A stretch of DNA of 54,921 bases, taken from the IMG/VR virus record IMGVR_UViG_3300050003_000010, positions 1 to 54,921 of that record, one strand, 5' to 3'. This DNA comes from a virus (Duplodnaviria; Caudoviricetes). Shown here piece after piece: positions 18,320 through 25,863 of the stretch; the first letter of the stretch is position 1, and the number at the start of each line of letters is the position of its first letter. The position numbers and the translations under genes are program-made. The notes beneath the pieces are model-generated. The model was not told the DNA's origin and made no database searches. It worked only from the letters and a program-made list of their open reading frames with translations.

Positions 18320-18588
18320 GTCCCGGCGCGCCGAAAAGTCCCCGAGAAGTCCCAGGGACCCTATTGGATCTTCCTCTGCTCGGCTCCTGTGCTGGTCAGA
18401 GGCATAAGCGACGGATGAGTCGGCCTCTACGCCGGGTTCTGTGTGTCGGGCAGTCCCGAGCAGGCGCTCTTCTCCGAAACCCCGGCCTGTACTGCATAAA
18501 CAGGGTCCCTCAGCGTCCTACGGCGTCCGTGCTCAAGAGGCGTTTTCGTCCCTCTGGAGTCCCAGGAAATCCCTGAGGAGTCCCAGAG
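18318..18588. other. attP region with arm-type repeats
   Basis: AAGTCCCCGAG/AAGTCCCAGG at 18336-18356 and GAGTCCCAGG/AATCCCTGAG/GAGTCCCAGAG at 18557-18588 flank the core, directly after int. Confidence 0.8.
18412..18442 (-). ncRNA. rnpB: 3' terminal fragment of an RNase P RNA gene (attP core); not a complete gene
   Basis: Minus strand reads ACAGAACCCGGCGTAGAGGCCGACTCATCCG = conserved region V/P4 3' strand plus P1 3' strand of actinobacterial RNase P RNA. Confidence 0.82.
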
Positions 18589-18618
18589 CGTCCGCCGGAG
18601 AGAACCAGGACGGAGGGC

Positions 18619-19389
18619 TCATTTGCCCGGGCTGACCGGAAGCTCGTACCGCAGCCGACGGCCCGCCGCAGGCACCAGGATGGTGGCGGTCTCCACGGCC
18701 CGGTCGGCCGTGCGATACGTCCGCTCCACCAAGACCAGGACGGACTGCCGCGGGACCGCGAGCCGCTCCGCTTCGTCCGGGAGTGCGGCCCGCGCCGTGA
18801 TGTCTTCCTCGGTCCGCGTCACCTGCAGGCCGATCGATGCCATCCGCACCGGGACCCCCTGGCCGGCGAGGGGGCCGCGCTCGGGCAGGAGGATCGGGGT
18901 GCCGCCCGTGATCTCGTAGGGCTCCCAGCTCACTACCAGCATCACCGGGACGCCATCAGCACGGAAGAGATACTCCGACCGCATGACGCGGTCCCCCGCC
19001 GCGATACCGAGACGTGCCGCGACGTCGGCCGGCGCCTCCCAGGTGGCGCTCTCCGACTCCCACTTCGCCGGCATGTCCGGCTGGCCCTCGATCGCGACGA
19101 TCCACGGCATGCGTTCCGGTGAGGTGGCCTGCCAATGCCGGACCAAGCGCACGGGAGTAGGAGAGCGGACGAAGGTGCCGGATCCCGACCGGCCCTCGAC
19201 GAGACCCTCCGCGAGGAGCACCCGCATGGCCTCAAGGGCGGCGGTTGCGCCCACGCCGAACTCGGCTCGGATTTGTGAGCGCGATGGGATGCGCGAACCA
19301 GGTTCGTATTCGCCCGAGAGGATTCTTCGGCGCAACTCTGCGGCCACCTGCTTATGGGCTGGGGTGCCGCCGTAAGGCGTCCCGGCCAC
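18619..19389 (-). CDS. GntR/HutC-family regulator with UTRA domain (KorSA-like)
   Basis: QVAAELRRRILSGEYEPGSRIPS...LLAEGLVEGRSGSGTFVR plus UTRA-type C-terminus. Confidence 0.92.
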   Translation of the reverse strand: MAGTPYGGTPAHKQVAAELRRRILSGEYEPGSRIPSRSQIRAEFGVGATAALEAMRVLLAEGLVEGRSGSGTFVRSPTPVRLVRHWQATSPERMPWIVAIEGQPDMPAKWESESATWEAPADVAARLGIAAGDRVMRSEYLFRADGVPVMLVVSWEPYEITGGTPILLPERGPLAGQGVPVRMASIGLQVTRTEEDITARAALPDEAERLAVPRQSVLVLVERTYRTADRAVETATILVPAAGRRLRYELPVSPGK

Positions 19390-19426
19390 GCTGTCCCCTC
19401 TCGCATCACGTGATGTGAGCAACAGA

Positions 19427-19480
19427 TTGACAGCCTATGGCCACAGCTCCAAAGCTATGGCGGCAGCGTATACGCTATGT
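19427..19480 (+). promoter_or_regulatory. Promoter/operator between divergent gntR and HATPase genes
   Basis: TTGACA at 19427; CTATG repeated at exact 20-bp period (19435, 19455, 19475); palindrome AGCGTATACGCT at 19465-19476. Confidence 0.6.
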
Positions 19481-19512
19481 AATCAATTGCCGGGTAGGTC
19501 GGGGGACGCTCC

Positions 19513-19860
19513 ATGCAGTCGACACGGACCGAGATCCCGGCGGGGCCGGATGCGGCGACAGTCGCCGAGCGGCACACCCTGCTCGCCCTCGCGGGAACGC
19601 CTCGTGCCGAGGAGGCCGCGGCCCTCGTGGGCGCAATGGTGGCGGAAGAGGTTCAGGCAAGCAGCGGGACCATGGTCGCCTTGATCGTCGACCTGGACGT
19701 CGGCTCGTGCCGCGTGGCCGTTGAGTGCGCCGGCGCGGGAGATGAAGCCCCGGAATCCGCATGGATCACTGCGGTCGGCTTGAGGGCCGATCGAGTCGGA
19801 CACAGCCTCACCGAGGCAGGCCAGACGGTGTGGTTCGAACTGGCGTGGCCGGCAGAGTAA
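19513..19860 (+). CDS. Degenerate HATPase_c (RsbW-like ATP-binding) protein
   Basis: Overall pattern and C-terminal ADRVG...GQTVWFEL; N and G boxes eroded. Confidence 0.6.
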   Translation: MQSTRTEIPAGPDAATVAERHTLLALAGTPRAEEAAALVGAMVAEEVQASSGTMVALIVDLDVGSCRVAVECAGAGDEAPESAWITAVGLRADRVGHSLTEAGQTVWFELAWPAE

Positions 19861-19943
19861 GAGAGTGGGACCGGAGTTAGCCTCCGTGCGTCGTCCGATC
19901 CCACCCGCGCGGCACCGCCTGGTCCGGCGGTGGTCTGAGGGGC

Positions 19944-20147
19944 CTACCGGCCCTGATAGCGCGCGACGATGCGGATGTCCGCGACCGCCGCCGACCACTT
20001 CGCGTCGCCGTTGTACGGCTTCACCCACACCCGGCCACCCTGGGGGTAGCCCTCGATCGCCCCCGGCGCACGTCCCGGGGCGTTGTGGGCGTGCTCGACG
20101 TGGTCGCCGTCTCCGGGCGGCGTGTCCTGGGCCATCGTGATCTCCAT
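19944..20147 (-). CDS. Small hypothetical protein
   Basis: GGRVWVKPYNGDAKWSA beta-rich motif. Confidence 0.55.
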   Translation of the reverse strand: MEITMAQDTPPGDGDHVEHAHNAPGRAPGAIEGYPQGGRVWVKPYNGDAKWSAAVADIRIVARYQGR

Positions 20148-20318
20148 CGTGATCGTCGTGGTGGTGCCTCGCCCGGCCGGACAGCTCTGGCGGCCGGGCG
20201 AGGTGCTGGGGGCCCGGCGGTGAAAGAGGCACCGCCGGGCCGGGGCCGTCCGCCGGGCGAAGGGACAGACGGCCGGGGTGCCGCCCGCGGATCGATCGCG
20301 GGCGGCGTCGGGCGTGGC

Positions 20319-20537
20319 TCAGCCGCCCGAGTTCGAGATCCGGCCGATCCCCGTCGGCGGCGCCGTGCGCATCAGGCAAATCCGGGCCTCGTGAACCAAG
20401 ACAGTCAACTCCGCACGCGACACGTCCAGATCCGGCCGGCCGGGCAGCGAGATGCGGTGCGGGTGCTCCGAACTGTCCGAGTCGCCGACACTCACCTGGA
20501 CGACGATGTCGCTCCGCGGCACGGGGACCGCCTCCAT
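20319..20537 (-). CDS. Small hypothetical protein
   Basis: ORF 72 aa divergent from the XRE-TPR gene. Confidence 0.45.
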   Translation of the reverse strand: MEAVPVPRSDIVVQVSVGDSDSSEHPHRISLPGRPDLDVSRAELTVLVHEARICLMRTAPPTGIGRISNSGG

Positions 20538-20677
20538 TCCGTCGTGCGCCCCCGACGCAGGTCATCGAGGGTGTGTACTGGGGGAAAGCTTGTGACCATT
20601 CAGCGGGCCATACCCCCTCGGCGTCCACGGTCTGATCCGGACGCCGAGGCTGTCCGCTTCACGAGGACGAGGCCGCC

Positions 20678-22030
20678 ATGCCGTACCCCCTCCGCCCCCT
20701 CGACGGCTCCCGATCCCCGCGGCACCACCTCGGGCAGGAACTGCGCCACTGGCGCAAGCGCGCACGCCTCACGCAGGACGGCCTCGGCGCGTTGGTGCAC
20801 GTCAGCGGTGATCTGGTCGGGAAGATCGAGAAGGCGCAACGTCGTTGCGACGAGGATCTCGCCGAACGTTTCGACGCCATCCTCGACACCGGCGGCGTCC
20901 TCGTCCGCGCGTGGCGCCTCGCCGACGAAGCGGACAGACAAGCCGCTGAAGCGGACAATCAGCCGCCGGCGGCGCTCTCCTCCCTGACGCTGGAGCAGCT
21001 ATCCATCGCTGCCCCAGACAGGACCAGCATGCTCCGCAGGAACTTCATCGCCGGCGCCACCGCCATCACCGGGACCGCGTCCGCTCTCGCGCCGCCACCC
21101 GCCCCGGCACGTGCGCCCGCATCCCGCCAGCCGGTCGACCCGGCGCTCGTCTTGTACTTTCGCGAGCAGCTCCAGGGCCACTACCGGGCGGACATGCTGC
21201 TGGGCCCGCACCAGCTCGTCGCCACCGTCACCGCGCAGCATCAGCTCATCTGCGAACTGTCGGCGAACGCCGCGGGCGAACTCCGCCGCGACCTCCTGCG
21301 GGTCGGTGCCGCCTATGCCGCCCTCCTCGGCTGGCTCCACCAGGACGCCGGCGACCACACCTCCTCGATCCGGTGGCGCGACATCACCCTCGACATGGCC
21401 CACCGCTCCCGCGACCACCAGCTCGTCGGATACGCCCTCGCGAACAAGGCGTCCCTGTGCGTCGATATAGGGGACGGGTCCGGCGCCGTCGACCTCGCCG
21501 ACGCAGCCCTCGCCGACCCTCGGGCCCTGGCCCCCAAGGTGCGCGTCATCGCCTCCGTCCACGGTGCGCACGGCCGCTCCCTCGCGGGCGACCGCGCCGG
21601 CGTCGACGCCCTCCTGGGCGAAGCGCAGCAGCTCGTCGAACGCATCGACGACGACCTGCCCTGGGGCGATGCCTGCCGCCGCACCCCCGGATACATCGAC
21701 GTCCAACGCGCCACCTGCTACGGGCGAATGCAGGACCCCGACGCCATCCGCGAGGCCGACCGCGTATGGACGCGCGTGCTCGCCGCGATGCCGGACACGC
21801 ACCGCCGCGACGTCGCGGTCTTCCAGGCCCGACACGCCGCCGTCGCCGCGGCGGCCGGCGAACCCGAGCGGGCGCTGTACCTCGCCGGCCGGGCCACGCT
21901 GGTCGGCACCAGCACCGGGTCCGCCCGCACGCGCGCCGAACTCGCCGCGGTACGAGACCGGATGCGGCCCTGGGCCGATCACGCATACGGACGTGACCTC
22001 GCCGATCTGCTGGCTACGATCGGCCTCTGA
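20678..22030 (+). CDS. XRE-family HTH regulator with TPR-like helical C-terminal domain
   Basis: LGQELRHWRKRARLTQDGLGALVHVSGDLVGKIEKAQR; LRRNFI motif; Ala-rich helical repeats; GAGG RBS. Confidence 0.88.
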   Translation: MPYPLRPLDGSRSPRHHLGQELRHWRKRARLTQDGLGALVHVSGDLVGKIEKAQRRCDEDLAERFDAILDTGGVLVRAWRLADEADRQAAEADNQPPAALSSLTLEQLSIAAPDRTSMLRRNFIAGATAITGTASALAPPPAPARAPASRQPVDPALVLYFREQLQGHYRADMLLGPHQLVATVTAQHQLICELSANAAGELRRDLLRVGAAYAALLGWLHQDAGDHTSSIRWRDITLDMAHRSRDHQLVGYALANKASLCVDIGDGSGAVDLADAALADPRALAPKVRVIASVHGAHGRSLAGDRAGVDALLGEAQQLVERIDDDLPWGDACRRTPGYIDVQRATCYGRMQDPDAIREADRVWTRVLAAMPDTHRRDVAVFQARHAAVAAAAGEPERALYLAGRATLVGTSTGSARTRAELAAVRDRMRPWADHAYGRDLADLLATIGL

Positions 22031-22046
22031 CGACATGGGGGTGGAC

Positions 22047-22358
22047 ATGGCACTCACGCCACTGACCGACGACCAGATCACCAAGCTTCTCGCCGACCTG
22101 CCCGGCTGGCGGCGAGTCGGCGACGCGATCGAGCGCACGTACACGCAGGCGTACCACGAGACCCTGCACCTGGCGATGTACGTGGGTGCGAAGGCGCGGG
22201 AGGTCCGGCACCACCCGGACATCCACATCACGTGGCAGAAGATCAGGTTCTCGATCACCACTCACGACGCCGGCGAACGCCTCACGGACCGCGACTTCGT
22301 TCTCGCGAAGTGGATCGACTCCATCGCCGCGGGCCACGGGGCGACGCCTGTCGACTGA
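22047..22358 (+). CDS. phhB: Pterin-4-alpha-carbinolamine dehydratase (PCD/DCoH family)
   Basis: LPGW...IERTY...HHPDIHI.W..I.FSITTHDAG.RLTDRDF.LA..ID. Confidence 0.9.
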   Translation: MALTPLTDDQITKLLADLPGWRRVGDAIERTYTQAYHETLHLAMYVGAKAREVRHHPDIHITWQKIRFSITTHDAGERLTDRDFVLAKWIDSIAAGHGATPVD

Positions 22359-22533
22359 CCGGCCGTAGCATCGACGCACCCTGCGGCTGCCGGGCCAAGC
22401 CGGAACCGGGCAACCGGATCCCCCACCCCGAGGTGGCGGCGGCCCCCGGAGCCGCAGGGCGCACACCGGGTCGCGTACCCCACGCGAGTGCGCCGGCTAC
22501 CGATCACGGTCGGCGTGGTGCCACGCTGGACCC

Positions 22534-22812
22534 ATGCCCATCACACACGTCCGCGGCAAGGCCGTCGTCCTCCCCGACACCCTCGACGGGATCCGCGCAG
22601 CCCTCCCCGAGGAACGGCGCGCCGAGTTCGACCGCGTCATCGGATCCACGCCGCTCCGGCAGATCGCCCAGGTCGCGCTGATCGACTTCGCCATGCCCGA
22701 GGACGCACACCGGGAGTCCGACGAGCAGATGGCCCGCATCCGGGCCGGCGACTACACCGGAGTCGTCAACGCCGACGGCACGCCCGCGACCGCACCGGAG
22801 GAGCCCGAGTGA
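22534..22812 (+). CDS. Putative antitoxin (DUF6247-like)
   Basis: TLDGIRAALPEERRAEFDR; acidic; GTGA overlap with downstream RelE-like gene. Confidence 0.65.
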   Translation: MPITHVRGKAVVLPDTLDGIRAALPEERRAEFDRVIGSTPLRQIAQVALIDFAMPEDAHRESDEQMARIRAGDYTGVVNADGTPATAPEEPE

Positions 22813-23054
22813 GCTACCACGTGCAGTACAGCGACCTGGCCGAGCGCGGCCTGTCCGGGTTACCCGCGGCGAACCGGGCCGTCGTCAAGGGCGAGATCGA
22901 GCGGACCATCGGCCGCGACCCCTACGGGTGCGGGTCCTCGCCCGTCCGCGGCAACAAGGACCGACGGAGCGCCTCGGTGTCGACAGTGATCATCGAGTAC
23001 GAGGTGTCCGCGTCCGTGCTCGTCGTCACCGTGCTGAAGGCGCTCACCTGGTAG
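22809..23054 (+). CDS. RelE/ParE-superfamily toxin-like protein, TTA at codon 18
   Basis: YHVQYSDLAERGLSGLP...DPYG.GS...RRSASV..VIIEYEVS..VLVVTVLK. Confidence 0.7.
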   Translation: MSYHVQYSDLAERGLSGLPAANRAVVKGEIERTIGRDPYGCGSSPVRGNKDRRSASVSTVIIEYEVSASVLVVTVLKALTW

Positions 23055-23119
23055 CCGCCACCCGGACGCCGGCCGCGCCCACGGGCCCGGTGTCGGACTC
23101 GGCGGGTAGCGTCGGACGG

Positions 23120-23368
23120 ATGCACGACTCGCAGGACACCCCCACGCTCGACGTCGCCCAAGCACGGTGGGACGCCGCGAACGAAGCGGTCAAGGTGCAC
23201 GCCAAGCGCGGCCGCCGGAACGATGCGATCCCGCCGGAGGACGAGGGCGAGCGGGCCGCCTGGGACGCCGAGCACGCGGCCTGGGTCGAGGAGTGGGAGC
23301 GGGTCCAGGCCGAGGCGCGGGCGGCCGTCGTCGAGTTGTACCGGGCGCGGCAGGCCGCGGGCGAGTAG
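23120..23368 (+). CDS. Helical hypothetical protein
   Basis: MHDSQDTPTLDVAQARW; strong codon bias. Confidence 0.65.
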   Translation: MHDSQDTPTLDVAQARWDAANEAVKVHAKRGRRNDAIPPEDEGERAAWDAEHAAWVEEWERVQAEARAAVVELYRARQAAGE

Positions 23369-23453
23369 GACAGCAGGGGCCTCGTTTCGGTGATTCGCCA
23401 GCGTTGAACGGTTACCAGCCGTTACGTTCGGCGTTGACTCATCGAGGGGGCCC

Positions 23454-23927
23454 ATGAGTAAACAGTCATCTCCGCTTCTGACCATGCAGACGGTCGGCGC
23501 CCTGCTGTCACCAACAGCCAAAGCCATCACCCGAGGCGGCATCCAGTGGAGCCGTAAGCACTCCGTCTACACCGGCCTGGTCACGGTCGAGACCCAGATC
23601 CCGGACCTCCGCAAGGGCGTCATCCGCATGCACGTCCGCAAGCCCGCCGCGTCCCAGCCGAGGCTCCAGTACCTGATCGGGAACGCTGCTGTCAGACGGC
23701 TTTGCGTAAATGAACCCCACCCCCCGTTCGGTGGGACCCACAAGCACATGATCAACCCGCAACAGAGCGACGAAGACGCCTACGAGCCCACCGATATTCC
23801 GGTCCCCGCGCTCGCCCCGCGCGTGGCACCAGGCGTCTACCGTGCAATTCTGGAAGCGTTCATCCGGGAGTGCCAAATCGAGGTCGGACCCGACTTCGAG
23901 TGGATCGAGCCAGGTCAGGAGGCGTGA
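23454..23927 (+). CDS. DUF6978-like protein (R-x-x-x-N-x-x-H...HKH motif)
   Basis: VRRLCVNEPHPPFGGTHKH...LEAFIRECQI; GAGGGG RBS. Confidence 0.6.
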   Translation: MSKQSSPLLTMQTVGALLSPTAKAITRGGIQWSRKHSVYTGLVTVETQIPDLRKGVIRMHVRKPAASQPRLQYLIGNAAVRRLCVNEPHPPFGGTHKHMINPQQSDEDAYEPTDIPVPALAPRVAPGVYRAILEAFIRECQIEVGPDFEWIEPGQEA

Positions 23928-23928
23928 C

Positions 23929-24720
23929 GTGAAGTCCAGCACCGTCATAAGCGCACTGCTTGGGGCCACCAACGACGGCACGACCGTCCACGAATACGGC
24001 GACGGGTTCCTGGTCGACCTGCCTCTCACCTACAGCGACGGCGACTCCGTCAGGCTGCTCATCGAGCCCGTGGGCGGCGGCTACCGCGTATCCGACCAGG
24101 CATCCGCACAGGAACGCCTCCTCATGGCCGACGTGACAACCGAGCACGGCCGCGTTGCCGAAGCCATCGCCGCGACGATCCGAGCGGCCGGACTCGTGAA
24201 CATTGGCGGTGAGGCCGACGAGCTGGCAGTCTTCGGCTCGGCCGAAGATCTGGGCCGCTCCATTTGGGCGGTGGGCTCAGCAGCCATGCGGATCGAGCAG
24301 CTACGGTGGCTTGCGGTCCGGCGCCCCCCAGTGAAGTTCGCCGAACGCGTCGTCGAAAGGGTGACGAACGCAGCCCGTGAAGGATGGAAGGTGCGCAAGA
24401 ACGCGCCCATCCGGCTGACATCGGGCAGAGAGCGGCCAGTCACCGTCGCAGTTACTCAGGGCACGACGGCGGCCTACGTGCAGGCTCTCAGCTCGAGCGA
24501 CTTCGAGAAGGCGGCGGAACACTGCCACTACCTCTTCAGCTTCGCGGAGGATCGACACACCGGACGTGTGGCCGCGTTGGCTGGCGAGCCGGGTTCTTGG
24601 CCATCGGCCATCGTCAAGGAACTGGGCAGCATCGCGGACATCGAATACTTCGGACGGCCCGGCTCCCTGGAATCGGCAGTCGAGAGGGCTCTCGCCGGGA
24701 CAGCCCAGACGTCTCTGTAG
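23929..24720 (+). CDS. DUF1828-domain protein
   Basis: VDLPLTYSDGDSVRLLIE..GGGYRVSD; C-terminal restriction-fold-like region (I..TSGRE..V); AGGAGG RBS. Confidence 0.7.
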   Translation: MKSSTVISALLGATNDGTTVHEYGDGFLVDLPLTYSDGDSVRLLIEPVGGGYRVSDQASAQERLLMADVTTEHGRVAEAIAATIRAAGLVNIGGEADELAVFGSAEDLGRSIWAVGSAAMRIEQLRWLAVRRPPVKFAERVVERVTNAAREGWKVRKNAPIRLTSGRERPVTVAVTQGTTAAYVQALSSSDFEKAAEHCHYLFSFAEDRHTGRVAALAGEPGSWPSAIVKELGSIADIEYFGRPGSLESAVERALAGTAQTSL

Positions 24721-24726
24721 GAAACG

Positions 24727-24777
24727 AAAAGAGAGCCCCCGCCGCCGCCCACGAAGGGCAGCAGCGGGGGCTCTTTG
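24727..24777. terminator. Bidirectional terminator between accessory block and lysis cassette
   Basis: AAAAGAGAGCCCCCGCCGCCGCCC...GGGCAGCAGCGGGGGCTCTTT hairpin between convergent genes. Confidence 0.85.
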
Positions 24778-24828
24778 CGCAGGTCAGCGGGATACGTGTA
24801 GGTGGACGTGATAATTCAGGCGCGGAAT

Positions 24829-25191
24829 TCACACTCCAGTTCGGTGGTACTCCTCCACCAAAGGCTCCGGCGGCTCCGGATCGATCCCCGCCCGCCGCAT
24901 CTGCGCACACCACCGATCCGCACTCCGCGAGAACGCCCGCAACACCGCCTCCAGCCGCGACAACCGCTGCCGCAACTCCCCATTCTCCCGATCGACCCGC
25001 TCCGTCGTCTCCTTCAGAATCGACAGATTCACCTGATCACGCGCAGGCTCCACGGTGATCTGAGCCACCGCACGCTGAGCCTCGGCCGTCGCCGCAGTCG
25101 CCCGCGACGTCGCCCTCAACGTGAACCACCCACCCACACCCGTCACCGACACCGCAGCAAGCGTCCCGATCAGCTGAAATATCTCACTCAC
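24829..25191 (-). CDS. Lysis-cassette membrane-anchored coiled-coil protein
   Basis: N-terminal TM helix then coiled coil; last gene of the late run. Confidence 0.7.
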   Translation of the reverse strand: MSEIFQLIGTLAAVSVTGVGGWFTLRATSRATAATAEAQRAVAQITVEPARDQVNLSILKETTERVDRENGELRQRLSRLEAVLRAFSRSADRWCAQMRRAGIDPEPPEPLVEEYHRTGV

Positions 25192-25194
25192 GAG

Positions 25195-25623
25195 TCACTC
25201 GCTCTCGCCCGTTCCGGTGGGCGGGAGCGAGTGCTCAGGCACCGTGCTCGCCCACAAAATCACGCCGATATGGCTAAGAAGAAACCACCCGGCCACCGCC
25301 CACCCGCGCGGATAGCCGTCCACGGCAGCCCGCAGATAAGCCGTCCCCCACACCGCCGGCGGAATCAAAGCCGCGAAGAACGCCACCCCGTCCTGGCCAA
25401 TCCGCACCCACGCGCCGGCGAACGTCGCCGAGCCCGCAATGATCCACACCCACGCCCAGCAGTGCAGCGGCAGTGCGTTCGTCAGCAGCTCCAGGCCGCG
25501 GGTGCTGGTGGGCGGGGTGGTCACAAGGCCGATGCCGTAGCAGATCTTGCCCGCACCCAGGATCGCGAGGATCGCGCCGCGGCGGCCCAGACGCTGCCGC
25601 AACAGGGCCGCCGCGCGCCTCAC
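25195..25623 (-). CDS. Four-TM membrane protein of the lysis cassette
   Basis: Four hydrophobic segments; coupled to holin. Confidence 0.75.
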   Translation of the reverse strand: MRRAAALLRQRLGRRGAILAILGAGKICYGIGLVTTPPTSTRGLELLTNALPLHCWAWVWIIAGSATFAGAWVRIGQDGVAFFAALIPPAVWGTAYLRAAVDGYPRGWAVAGWFLLSHIGVILWASTVPEHSLPPTGTGESE

Positions 25624-25862
25624 CGCGAGTACCCCGGGGTGGGCGGGTCGTCCTCCGGCCGGGGCGTGTGCTTCGCCAGCCAGCCCGCAACCAGCGTGAT
25701 CGCCGCCGGGATCGTCGGAGCGATGAACACCTCCGCGACGTCCGGCAAGCCCGCGACGATGTTGATGTCGCTGGCCGCGTGCAGGACCGCGAGCAGGCCG
25801 GTCAGGCCCAGGTAGGTCGCGGTCGTCGAGACCTTGACCTTCGTCTCCATCGGCGCCGCCAT
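25620..25862 (-). CDS. Holin
   Basis: MAAPMETKVK..T..TYL...two TMs...GWLAKHTPR; follows endolysin. Confidence 0.8.
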   Translation of the reverse strand: MAAPMETKVKVSTTATYLGLTGLLAVLHAASDINIVAGLPDVAEVFIAPTIPAAITLVAGWLAKHTPRPEDDPPTPGYSR

Positions 25863-25863
25863 G

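Noticed and set aside
18412-18442. Complete phage-encoded RNase P RNA or tRNA
   Set aside because: Only the 3' ~31 nt are present; no GAGGAAAGTCC 5' conserved region and no cloverleaf seen nearby.
19944-22030. Arbitrium/RRNPP peptide signalling system
   Set aside because: HTH-TPR architecture is suggestive, but adjacent small ORFs lack signal peptides and the downstream gene is an enzyme.
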